Source of the DNA: Antedon mediterranea
Taxonomy: Eukaryota > Animalia > Echinodermata
Assembly (NCBI RefSeq): GCF_964355755.1
Contig: NC_092670.1
Coordinates: forward strand, 15,920,795-15,984,794
DNA: 64,000 nucleotides
Direction: 5' to 3'
Position 1 is the first letter of the stretch; the number at the start of each line of letters is the position of its first letter. Below are positions 1 through 27,611 of the stretch, in pieces. Position numbers and translations under genes: made by a program. The notes under the pieces are model-generated. The model was given only the letters and a program-made list of their open reading frames with translations. It was not told the origin of the DNA and searched no databases.

Positions 1-133
1 ACATAACGACGTAACGCAACGTAATGGATTTGACCAATCACAAGCGATGGATTATTCGGCTGTCGCTTGTCATTGGTCAACACGCTTACGTTGCGTTAAT
101 GTTCTTGCGTTGCGTCCTAGTGGGAACCAAACT
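1..133. mobile_element. MITE family A (PIF/Harbinger-like), truncated by window start
   Basis: Right TIR ...CTTGCGTTGCGTCCTAGTGGGAACCAAACT followed by TAA. Same family as 4931-5134, 16269-16397, ~21340-21457 and 38168-38298. Confidence 0.7.
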
Positions 134-151
134 TAAGAACAATCTCAACGC

Positions 152-740
152 TCAACTATCAACGGATAAACTATACTCAACGGATAAACTATACTCAACG
201 GGTAAACTATATTCAACGGATAAACTATACTCAACGGATAAACTATACTCAACAGATAAACTATACTCAACGGATAAACTATACTCAACGGATAAACTAT
301 ACTCAACGGATAAACTATACTCAACAGATAAACTATACTCAACAGATAAACTACACTCAACAGATAAACTATACTCAACCGATAAACTATACTCAACGGA
401 TAAACTACACTCAACAGATAAACTACACTCAACAGATAAACAGTACTCAACGGATAAACTATACTCAACGGATAAACTATACTCAACAGATAAACTATAC
501 TCAACAGATAAACTACACTCAACAGATAAACTATACTCAACCGATAAACTATACTCAACGGATAAACTACACTCAACAGATAAACTATACTCAACGGATA
601 AACAGTACTCAACGGATAAACAGTACTCAACGGGTAAACTATACTCAACGGGTAAACTATACTCAACGGATAAACTATACTCAACGGGTAAACTATACTC
701 AACGGATAAACTATACTCAACGGATAAACTACTCAACGGT
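152..740. repeat. 18-bp minisatellite (TCAACGGATAAACTATAC)n, ~32 copies
   Basis: Tandem units are directly visible and explain the LYSTDK / SVEYSL repeat ORFs. Confidence 0.97.
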
Positions 741-2830
741 AAAACTTCCAATCGAATATGACAAATTACAACGAAACGATTACATAAACGTACGAATTGA
801 CAAATGTAGTAATGCTCTATATCAACACTGTGTCCAGTGTGAACAGGTGACAAACCACTGTTGTTCTATCTCTCAAACAAACTACAATTCCCCTGAGGTA
901 CACCGTAATTGTCTATTTAATCATTCTATGATACGTATCAGCACAGCCGTATATTTCAACTTTTACAGTAAATAATTGATGCTTTTCACAAAACAAAAAC
1001 TATATGCGTACATAGTTATATTATCGATCGCTTGAAATAAATCATTTTACCTGATTTAAACGGAAACGAAGAAGAATAAACTGGTGCAATATTAAGTTCA
1101 CTGAATGTACTATCGTCATTTTGTAGGATTTTAGCGAGACTACTGATGGTCTTGAAACAAAACGGTGTATAAACTAGGTCAAACAGGTTTGTTCTCACAG
1201 AGGACGTGACGCAATGACGTAAGCGTAACACCAGTTTGACTAATCACAAGCACTGGATTATCCGAACTGTCGCTTTTGGTCAACTGGGTTTCGTTGCCGC
1301 AACTCAACCCAGTTGACCAAAAGAACGCACGTCAAACTTTACATTATGGAGGATACTATAGGGCTGCACGTGATATCATATTCCGAAGTCGCAGTTGAAC
1401 TCGCGTTCAGCACGACACCGCCTTCCATTCGGATTTCTCGTTTTCTCAATATTTTTTGTTGTGGCATTTGCGTTTCCGGTGGTGCACACACAAAGAAATT
1501 AAGAATTTGCAGCGAAATATTTAAATTTAATTTCACTACTGTATTTATTTTACTGACACAGTAAATTTGTGCGGTAATACTTGAATCACACAACGAATTA
1601 TTTGTCCATTAGTTCTATTAACGTAGAGTGTGATTGATTTGATGTCTATTCATGAAACATCTGTCTTTGTAATATCAACGCAAAAACATTACTTTTATTT
1701 CGAGTATTTCGTTAAAGGCTCAACAATAAAAACATATACAATCTAATGTAATGTTAATATTTTTTAAAACATCAAACGATGTAGTTTATTTTTTTTTTAA
1801 TTCATATTTAGTGATCTGACATATACTACATTTCTTTCAAATTTGAGTCAAAAATTAAATTCTTGATCAGGTTTTAATTATTATTATTATTATTATTATT
1901 GTGACAAGATGTTCCTTTTGTGGTAAACAGTACTATCGAACACTATCAGCTTATGGCCGGTCATATTTTATTAATTTAATCACGAGTTTTGAACGAATAA
2001 AAAGTAAAAATAACACTCCAGAACAATTTTAAAATGTTCATCTTATTTGGTTTTTTAAAAAATGGTTAATTTTGCGAAACAATCGGTGACCTCTCTCCAG
2101 TTTTGCGAAGACAAATTTGACATTAGCGCGAGCGTACCTGATACTTTGGTTTAGGTGATAATGACAGGTTCGAATGATATCTTTCTCGACTGCTGTTTAC
2201 ATGTGTGCTGAAATATACCGTAAAGGCTTAATATTGCAGCAGAATAAACACAGATAATCTCCCAGATTGTGAATTTAGTAGCCAAAGCTCTCGCGAATTC
2301 CGTTGACCATATTTAAAAATCAAGAGCAGATGTAATGATACCTTGTCATTTTATTGTCTGCTCATTCCTCCTCATTCTGCAGGATGTGTCCTAGTTGTCA
2401 ATCGCGTACGAGACTCTGGGGATTTCACTTTCTAATTCTCATTGTTGCCACGCTTTTCCAGTGGAGCACTTACGCACAGTGTTTAATTTCACATATTGTT
2501 AAACCATCATTTATGGATTTTTAACAGGTTTGACTGAAATTAGTCTGCATACCGGATGGGATAAATGCCAGAACAATGATTTAGTACAACATTTATGTAT
2601 TTTATAAGGTAAACCATTCAATGTGTGTGGACAAAAAGGTCGACTTCACGCTTCAATAGGCTTTTCGATTGCACAAGATGATCATTTAACACACCTGCGT
2701 ATTCAACGATTCTACGTTGTGATACATTATGAATTAACAACAGTCTATAACTATGCATGCCTAAACGTATCTTCTTTTTTTTTTTAACACAGGAAAGACA
2801 TGTAACTGAAGATCGAATGCCATAATCAAC

Positions 2831-18057
<15,227 letters not shown>

Positions 18058-18255
18058 ATTAAATCTATTTAATTAAGTAATAGTTGAGACCTATAATGAA
18101 AGGAAGTATGGAAAGATGTTATATTAAATAATGAATATCGATAGTGTTTAACTATTAATAGGGAACTTTCGATTTGCGACGACCGACGACCAAACTACGT
18201 CATGATAATTCACCGTGCGCATGCTGATCAATATATTGGGACGTGTGTCCTCGCT

Positions 18256-18329
18256 CCCCATCTCGACACGGGTTTGATGACCCCATCTCGACACGGGTTT
18301 GATGACCCCATCGCGACACGGGTTTGATG
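18256..18329. repeat. 25-bp tandem repeat x3 (CCCCATCTCGACACGGGTTTGATGA)
   Basis: Visible just downstream of the GC stop codon. Confidence 0.85.
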
Positions 18330-20251
18330 GTTCGTAGGTCCAGCGACGACCGACAAAACACATCGATTGACCCATATCTCTATGATTGACCTGACATAGG
18401 TTGGTCTTTGCAAATCGAAAGCTCCCGGAATTAAAAGCGACGACATCGTACTCAATCTTTTGAACGCGTAGTAGAGCCATGTTTTCCTCTACTCTATAGA
18501 AAAGAGCTGGCGTAATAACCAATTGCTCTTCACAATTTGTATTGGGAAAATCTAAAGACTGTGTAAGGAAGACAAATAAAATGAAAACGAGGGCAAAAAA
18601 GACCACTAAACAAGTCAAGCAGCCAATGAAAATGCAACCAAAAGATTAGGAAGAAATTGAATAACTAATAATATATGTTTTTAGGTAGAATCTATGTACA
18701 CTTTACGATTTAGAGGATAGGAGGATATAAATACTTCTTTCACATAACTCCTTTTATATACCGTAACATTCTAAATTCACGTATTTCGTGGTATGTGTAT
18801 ATTTTGTAATGTTTATCAATGTACCTTTATTATTTATTCCAAAGATGTTTTAGTATAGTATTGTAAATACAGTAATACACATTTTGTTTTGACCAGTATT
18901 ATAAAAAGGCAAAGCAGGTAGTAAGGAGGATTGGTAACACATTTTGTTTGGATTTATGTGTACATATAATATGGATGAAAAGCAAACATACATTTTTAGA
19001 TAATTTTTATCTGTTGTTGTTTCTATGAATATCATTTCTATAAAAGATATAATAACACGTTCAATGTAGCTTAATGGTTAATAGCATAGTTATCTGTAAC
19101 AGCTTTAAATTGGTATTCAATCATTTTAAACGGCGGTACATATAAACTTAGATAAATAGCAGAGCGTTTTCTAATTCATATCAGAAGAAGACAATAATCT
19201 ATAAAAAAAATGAATGCGGTTAATAGCTGACCGGAATAGTGCTTTGTTGTATCAAAAGGAGCTGTCCTTGCTAGGCCTATCTCAAGCCAGACACCGTATT
19301 TGTCGCTCACGTCATAAAGACATTGTAGCGCGTACAAAAATTAGTATGACTCGACACTCTCCTTTGTGCGTGCATCAAAAACCGCCATGTACGTTCAAAA
19401 TTGTAATACACATATTTCATTAACTGAAATGTACGTTATATTCAAAATGGTAATACGCCTACATCCACATATTTCATTATTCTACGTATGTATGATGACT
19501 TTGTTGTTATTTAATGATAATTAAATCATATTTATTGATTAAATCGAGCCACGTGAGGTTTATTAGCAAACGTATTTACATCAATATTAATGATTTATGC
19601 AATACCATTCTAAGCCAACTTTATATGTATTTAAAAGAAAAACAACAGCTTCGTTTCATTCCTTTCAAGGACATTTATTGATTTCAATAATGGCAAAATA
19701 ACAATAATATACATACTATAATTAAGACATTATTGAGGATCTTGTAAAAGAAGAAAACAAGTTTCTTGTCACATGCAGGATCCCAAAGAAAAAGATAACA
19801 AGAACAACAAACAACTATAAGGCAAATTTAAGAACAAAATGCTTACGATTATTGTAAGAGGTATTAATATATTTGAAATTAAAAACCTTTTAAACTTGTC
19901 ATCAAAGTGATTTTTCTCCAGTGATAAAAAACTCATATAAAAAAATAAAAAAATGTTTTCTAATGTGATATACAGGCACAACGAAACTATATACAGTAGA
20001 AAGAAATCGTGAGATGACCAACGGGTCAAAATTTCCCAGCCCAGTACATCCGGTTCTCTTTTCCGATTGCTTCAACATTACCTTCTTTCTATTCACAAAC
20101 CAGGTATCCTTGACGGCCAAATTTCTAAGTATGTAAACTCGTAATTGGTTTGTTCCATGAATGAAGCGTTTGACCTGGTCTCTGTTTCCATCCAGGATTA
20201 AAAACAAAGCGGCGAAGTTTAGACATCATCCATTAAAATAAAAAAAAATGT

Positions 20252-20356
20252 ATAGTAAAGTTAGCTTGGTTGTCTCCAATCCAAAGGTCCATGGTTCAAT
20301 TCTAATCTAGTGGTACGATCGACTCACGACTCTTTCTACTCCACTCTCTAAGCCAA
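20252..20356 (+). mobile_element. tRNA-derived SINE, degenerate copy
   Basis: TAGCTTGG..GGTTCAATTC..GACTCTTTCTACTCCACTCTCTAAGCC matches the reverse complements of 32775-32872 and 60586-60700. Confidence 0.5.
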
Positions 20357-22420
20357 ATAAGAATTAGTAGCATGATTATAGTTCAACCATTTTGTAATTG
20401 CTGCTGAATGTTGAAGCACACGTCCAAAAACGTACATTGACTATCACTTTAACACGCACCGTAAACTGTTTCCACAAACAAACAAACATCAACGAAAAAG
20501 ATAGAGAAACCTGGCTCACCAGTCGTCATCATCAACCATCCAATAAAGTATTTTTTGGAAGTATTAAAATTAAGTCTTTTAACAAACAAAAAACCCAATT
20601 TCAATGTGTGCAGAATTTTCATTTGAACACTAATCAAAAACTGATAAATGAGTAGGAAACATTTTTCTGTAATTGTTTACACCACCATTATGATTGAATA
20701 TAGCAGTTTTGTAAAGCATTTTGCTACGCTCACTGGCATCACAATTGTCCTTGATTTAGGCCTATGCCGTAATTGTATGACAAAAAAAAAAAAGAGACAT
20801 TGATCAAATGTTGTTATAAAAGACTATTTAAAAAAAACAACTAAAAACTATTTTTATTTAGTTTTGTGTATAAAATAAAGTAGGGCCTACATTTATAATT
20901 ATAATGAATAGTCCTTGAATAAAAGTATACAGTTGTTGTTGAACAACCTTGGCTGTTTTACCCTTTCCTTTTCCTAAGCCCTGTGTATTTGATAGCCTGA
21001 TATATCTCATGGTCTACGGACACGTGATAATCAAATTGCTGATAAAAAGTGTTGACTTTTTCAGATGTTATTGTCATAATATAGGATTATCGGAGATAAG
21101 GATCCAAAATTTCTGAAGAAAACGATCATCTTATTCCCAGGCAACCGGGCTACACCAAGGTCTTTAAAGCCGGTTTCTCGTTGGAATAATTAATATTGGG
21201 CGCGAGCAACAGTGTACGATAATCGATGTATCCAAAACTTGTTAAACTATAATAAAGCATAATGGTGGTTCACTTGGAGGTGAAATTACCAAAAGTAGGA
21301 ATTTAATATTTAGAATAAATTATCACTTCAGGGTGCAGTAAAAGAAACCAAGTTGACACGTAAGCCGCAACGCAAGCGACAGTTGGAATAATCCATTCAG
21401 TTCGCTCACGTTGTGGCTGACGTCCTTTTTGCGTTGCGTCCTAGTGGAAACCAAGCTTTAAAAGACTGAATACCACGACACGCCGGTAAAAAATGTTGTT
21501 CTCAAGTCCAAACAATGAAAAATTAAGATGCATATAAAATCAACTTTTAGTATGGCATTTTGTATTCATTTTCACAGGAAAAACACAAATTTCACTCAAA
21601 GACATTCTTACAGACAATGGGCTTCCGATTAACTATTTTTAACAGTTTTTTGATTAACAATTTATTTTAGATTTTTGGTCAAAGTAAATAAAAATATATA
21701 ATAAATAAAAAATAAATAAAAGTCTGATATTAAAATGGCCATACAACAACAAATATTACATTACAGAGGACAATAATCTCAAACGCTCAGTGACATTCTA
21801 TACATTTGTTTCTAGTTTTTATTTACAATAAAAAGTACTAAATATAAAAAAAACAGATAAATTAGAAGGATATTGGCAAAAATTCACTCGTCGTCTGGAT
21901 CAACTTTTATCTGTTGAAAAAACAAAACAAAAATCAAGACAGAAGGTATATCTGCCTATTATTTCCAGGATGGATTTTAAGAATGTCCGGTCGGCTGTGT
22001 TTGGTTTTTATCATTCTGGGACACATACCTGGATTGCTTCCGGCACTAGGCGACGTAATCCCGCCCTACCATAGCCCTGTAGGTATTAGGCTAGTCCCTT
22101 GGAAAAAAAAGTTTTGGACTATTCTATTAAATAATCAACATAAAGTTTAATATAATATTTTATATATATGTTATCTTATTATAAGTGTATGTAAAAATAT
22201 GATAAATCAAATATAAAACCAATTTATAAAATAATAATAACGTTGCCTGTCTTATCTAACATTCACATTTAGGCCCTATTATAAATAATATCGATAACTG
22301 ATATACAAAATATAATCAACAACCCTAACTTAAAATGGACGAATTTCTCTAATAAATAGGCCTTGCAACTAAAATTAAGTTTCATAGTTCCCAAAAGTTG
22401 GCTAGCAGCAGTCTAGTAAA

Positions 22421-25400
22421 ATGGTGGTAAAGTTTATATCACTGGCCACAATGGCCTTTGTTTTTACGCTTGCTTACACCAAGCCCAGTTCAGCTAGCGT
22501 CGGAGGACCAGCAGGTCCAAAAGCCGACTCTGTATCTTCTTTTTTGAACGCTCAAACAGTGAAGCGATCAGCAGAGAGAACAGCATCACAAAACACATGG
22601 ACGTCATCTTCTTCAAAACCTTCGTCGGGTACTTTTACGTCGAAACGAAAACGTTACGTCCCACATCACCCAGCTGGATACGTTCACCTTCCACCACTAC
22701 GGGAAGCTGAGAAGAATGACATTATCTTCAAGAGTTTAAAGAAAACATTTACAGAAAGAAATAAGAGGCGTCAGAAACGTCAAGCCGCCGCCGGAGAATC
22801 AGATGGGTTTACGTATGAAGATTTATCATCACGTCTAAGATACATGCAAGCCCAGCTCTACAGAACAATCCACGACACTGCACTTCCAAAGACATCCGAC
22901 GCCGAATCTTACGAACATCGTCTTACTATGATTGTACCGGGAAAGGTCCTCAACCAGGCCGATTATGATCCCGCTCTCAACTTGGCCAATTACCAAGATG
23001 GGGATGAAATTCCAGCGTCAACGGTAGAAAACGAATTTAGATTAGCTGACGTAATTCCCGATGTAACACTGACTGGTGGAGACACAAGTAGGCGTCTTTC
23101 ACTCATCTATAAACGTATTTTAAACTACCTTGTACCCAATGAACCAGTTGTAAGTGAGGCTCTCCAGCAAAGACGTAAAACTGCCGAGAATTACCTACTA
23201 GAAGAGGTCAAAGATCCAGTCACCCAAGATACTAAATCACGTCTTCAGCAATTTCGTCACTATCGACAACTTTATTATACTGCCAAGTAAGTGATTTCTT
23301 TTATATATTTTTTTACAATACACATCTTGCATAACGGGCAAAGTACGTGGCTTAACATTGATTGTCGACGCAAGATATTGATAAACGCGGTCAATATTGG
23401 ACCGTCCTAAAGCTTGTACATACGTCATTTAATGTCCATTACCGTAGCTTTAAACTATGACTTTTAGTGAATAATTGCGACAGGATCTGTAATTAAGATT
23501 TGTTTTCATATTTTTCAGAGATAATTTAGAACGTGAGTTAGAAGAAAAGAAGGAAAGCACAGATATCAAAGAATATAGAACATGGTTCACTCGTCATTTT
23601 ACGAACTTAAACAACATTGTGGAGAGCACGTACCTTGATTGGCTGCTGATCGGATTCAAGAATCCAGTAGAGGACGCGATCACACTCCTAGATACCAGTA
23701 ATTCAGCCATTGAGCTTGAAGCTTCAAAGGTTTCTCTGCGAGCCTCTGAAACTACCTCAATCGACAGAACAAGTCTTATCTATCCTGTCACAATGACACC
23801 GAGCAACTGGTACGGCTACCTCAAATACAGGTAAATTCAGACCATTCAAAAACTTAAAATTCAAATTGTTCTAAAAAAAACACTTTGACGATCCTACTCC
23901 AAATTCAGTTATGGCTAAATTCAAACTCTGTTTTAATGAAAAAGTTCCCAACGTGCACACTAATCGTCTCTGATGAAACAACAACTCTTGTGTTTTTATC
24001 ATAATACAATACTTCATAAATAACCTAGAAAATTTTCTTTTTGAATTTTAGAGAATTGAAGAAATCTAGATCGCAGTTGATGATAGAGCTTGTAGAATTA
24101 GAAAAACGAAAATTGGATTTCGAATCGGGCGTTGACGTACAGAGATACTACGGTGAACAAGGACGAACAGAGAAAGCAGGTATAAACATCACTGCAGAGA
24201 AGATACAATTGAAGGAAAAACAAACAGCTTTAGAAAAGACTAAATTTAACTGCCGTGAACGAGATCTATGGTAAGCATTGAGATAATTACTTTTTATTCA
24301 GTGCTGGAACAACCTTTCATCAGATCGACCTTTATAACAAACACTGGGCATTTGGGTACAATAATGTCTGTTATCTTCAATACATTTAATCTAGGTTTGA
24401 CGATTGTGCTGATCTAACGTCTGCAACTGGCGCGTACAATGACGAGTACAACGACTGGCGCAACAAGGAGACTAAATACCTTCGCTACGACATCTTGGAT
24501 CGAAATGAAGGCGCTCTCGTACCTTTCTTACAAAACCAAATTGACCAGATCAATGCCGATATAGCACTTATCAAAGACGAGATAGACGCAGCAGCATTAG
24601 TCACAGAGGAAGAAAATGAAATATATTCCGAGCAAATTGCAGAAGATAACGAGTATGAGTCTAAATGGACAACAGTTGAGTTTACCTCCAAGTCTTCTCA
24701 GACAGATGAGTCTTCCATTGCGACAACAAGCTCGTTCTCGACAAGTGCCTCAGCCGGTTACAGTGGTTGGTTCTTTGGCGTATCTGCTAGTGCTAGTCAT
24801 TCAGTAAGTACAATTTCAATTATTTTAATTACTTTACTTCTTACGAATTCGTTGTAGTCTAGGTAATTAATATTATCAAAAAAATAATTAGTTTGGCACA
24901 TATGGCATTTCATACGTATATAGTTGAGCTCACAAATCAAAACGCCGACGGGTGAGCTAACATAAAAAAGACAATGAAATACAGACTTAAGGCAAGTCTA
25001 GTTGATAAGGCTATAATAAAAAGATATTATATACATTTGACGCTCGAACAATCACTTTTAACACCTTTTCTTGCCATTTTGTGTTTTAATAAGTTTATCT
25101 TTTAAAAATTTTACAGTGGAGAAAAAAGTGATTCACTGAAATAGTTCTGCTATGTTTTATGTGTACTATACTTTGTTTAAATCCTAATAAACTAATATAT
25201 ATATAATAGTATATATCTAAAAAGAGCAAGACGTAGCAATAGTATACAAACTTTCATTGAAGTAATGTTAATATCTATAAAGTGGGACGAGTCCATGAAA
25301 GACAAAACAAATCGTTGACGCTCTTCTTACCACCAATGTCATGGTAGTTAGTGTAATGTATTGCGGTCTTAGTTGGTAATTATATAAATATGTAACATTG

Positions 25401-26303
25401 CATTAATTTTATTATCTAGGAATCTCACTCATACGCAAACTCCAAGACATCGTTCAAATCTCTGGAGATGAGTGGTTCTATCAAAATACTGAGAGTGTCC
25501 ATCGACAGAGGATGGTTCAATCCGTCGATCTTTGCCAACGCTGCAATCGGTGTGGTAAGTACTAAGCCTTTGATCTTATGTCTGGCTGCGATAAATACCA
25601 ACAATACTGTATTATGTACTGTACATAATTGTCCGCGGCTCGCGGTATCTGTTAAGGTGCGTGATCGTGTGATCTGATCGTGTTGCAGCCACAGATAAAC
25701 CCTTTGACTCATGGAATAACTATCTTTCACTAACATAGTGATGTTGATGGTTATTTATTACCATTATTTATTTTATAGTAACATGATTACAGTACATATA
25801 ATATAAATTTGGGTTAGAAACTGAGCGAAATACTAGACTTTTTAAAACAAATTCGTCTGTTTATAAAAAAAAATAGAATGAGCTTGTTTTTAAATATATT
25901 ATCTATAAGTATAATTAGCCTGTGTTTATCTTAAATCTATTTCTAGACCGATCCAACAATAGCAATTTCTCCAGGACCTGTATCAAACCTTGAAGACATC
26001 GGTGATGCTTACGAACTTCCGGTTTACTCTACTGGTCTTCTACTTGTGAAAGATGTTCGAATTCGTCTGCAGGGTCTTGACTACTCCACTGAGAGTACTA
26101 TCATCCAGTCATCAAGTTCTACAAGTGGTGGTGTTGGTGGTAGCTATTATGGTCTCTTTGGTTTGAGCGTCCAATCTAGTTCTTCCAGGTCATCTGACTC
26201 AGCCAGTTTCTACGCCGAAAGCAACGAAGATGGTCTCACTATTGTAATTCCTGGAGCTCAAATACTTGGCTATTACAACGATGTCACCCCCAAGTTCCCA
26301 TAG
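22421..26303 (+). CDS. Uncharacterised secreted protein, 765 aa, 6 exons; putative beta-pore-forming (gasdermin/MACPF-CDC-like) pro-protein
   Basis: GT-AG exons 22421-23286, 23519-23830, 24052-24270, 24395-24803, 25420-25554, 25947-26303 sum to 2298 nt in frame and end in TAG. Signal peptide MVVKFISLATMAFVFTLAYT; KR, KRKR and KRRQKR sites; heptad-rich helices; two Ser/Thr/Gly-rich hairpin-like segments; C-terminal VSIDRGWFNPSIF, LPVYSTGLLLVKDVRI and IPGAQILGY motifs. The gene model is high confidence; the function is inferred. Confidence 0.88.
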
Positions 26304-27490
26304 TTGTGATATCATATTCATAATCATTCCAATTGTCATACCAATGATGTAAATAGGTCAGTATGTGGGTCAGTGTATTCTTAACTAAATACAGTGATGT
26401 CACAGAAAAAAGGCTTTAATTAAATGCCAAAAAAGTTTTCAACTACTTACTGTATCCTATCGTAGTTAAACGGTCGAGGAACCAAGTACCAGATTAGTAG
26501 TAGTGTACGATGGCGGAATATGTTCATGGCCCATTATAGTTGAACATCTTGTTCTAGGCTAGTACTTGATACTGTTTCTTATTCAGTAGGCCTACGTGGT
26601 TTAAACTTTAACAACGCATCATGCATTTGCTTTGACTTGATAACTAAAATAGGCCTAACACTGTTAGTTTTAATAAGATTAATAAAAAAACAACAATCAT
26701 TTTTTTTTGTAGTTGTGGATTTATTTATTTCCAATAACAATGAAACGTAGTAGGCATACAAGAGGAAGCCCCGTATCTCCCTCATCGGCACTCTATCCGA
26801 TCCCACCAACAATTGCACTGTTTGAAATATATCCTGCCCAACCTCCACAGACGGCAGTCTCTCATGTCACAATCAAGGGGCCAGCCTACCCTAGCCTACC
26901 TAGTATTCTCATAATTTATAACTATTATAAGTTAAAAAAGGTCTTTTTTTCTACTATTAATTATAAGAAAACTACAATATAAGACTTACCCAAGCGAGAT
27001 TCATGTTATCATCCGTTGAAAAGAATAAATGTTAAGTAATAATTGGTACACATCTCGACTACTACACAATCTACATGGGCGCAGACATATTGTTTTGGTT
27101 AGGGCGCCCTCAACAACTATCAATTTTTCGAACATATAAAATCTTTGAAACTCTCTCAACATTTCGGTAGGCGCTCAATATTTTAGGAATTTCACTTTTA
27201 AAATCTGTACTCTCTTTCATATAATTATGTCTAAAATGTTCTTCTCAAAAAATCATATATACTGTAATTTATAAGAAGGACAGGACAGTTTTCTTGTGTT
27301 TTGCTTTCACATTGATCATAATTGGCACAGTTCAACTATTATCTCCTTGTGAAAATGCCGATCTTTAAAGCAATACAAGTCATTTGTCATATTCGAATGG
27401 AAACTTTCGTTGATCAACATTTGAATAGTAAATTTGTATTCAACAGAAAGACATTTGAATAGAAAACGTTGACAATGCAAGCTTTTTTGT

Positions 27491-27611
27491 TAAGAACAAT
27501 CTCAATGCTCAAAATACTCTGTTAAATAAGTACTCAACAGAAAAACTGTACTCAACAGAAAAACTGTACTCAACAGTAAAAGTCCCAATCGAATACGACA
27601 ACTGTCTTCTC
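27491..27611 (+). repeat. Dispersed paralogue of the element at 134-765, carrying only ~3 minisatellite units
   Basis: Same flanks (TAAGAACAATCTCAA(C/T)GCTCAA ... GTAAAA..CCAATCGAATA(T/C)GACAA) around (TACTCAACAGAAAAACTG)n. Confidence 0.8.

Noticed and set aside
24-853. 245-, 191- and 233-aa repeat ORFs (LYSTDK / SIVYPL / SVEYSL)
   Set aside because: Artefacts of an 18-bp minisatellite that is open in several frames; the ATG lies inside a MITE.
18148-18618. 156-aa minus-strand ORF with a hydrophobic N-terminus
   Set aside because: Non-ATG start, includes a 25-bp tandem repeat, has no recognisable domain, and overlaps the GC 3' UTR.
19769-20240. Possible small minus-strand gene
   Set aside because: No consistent splice or ORF structure and no recognisable motif; possibly a decayed repeat.
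26579-26982. Two overlapping 89-aa ORFs
   Set aside because: Short, overlapping on opposite strands, with non-ATG starts and no domain or splice support.
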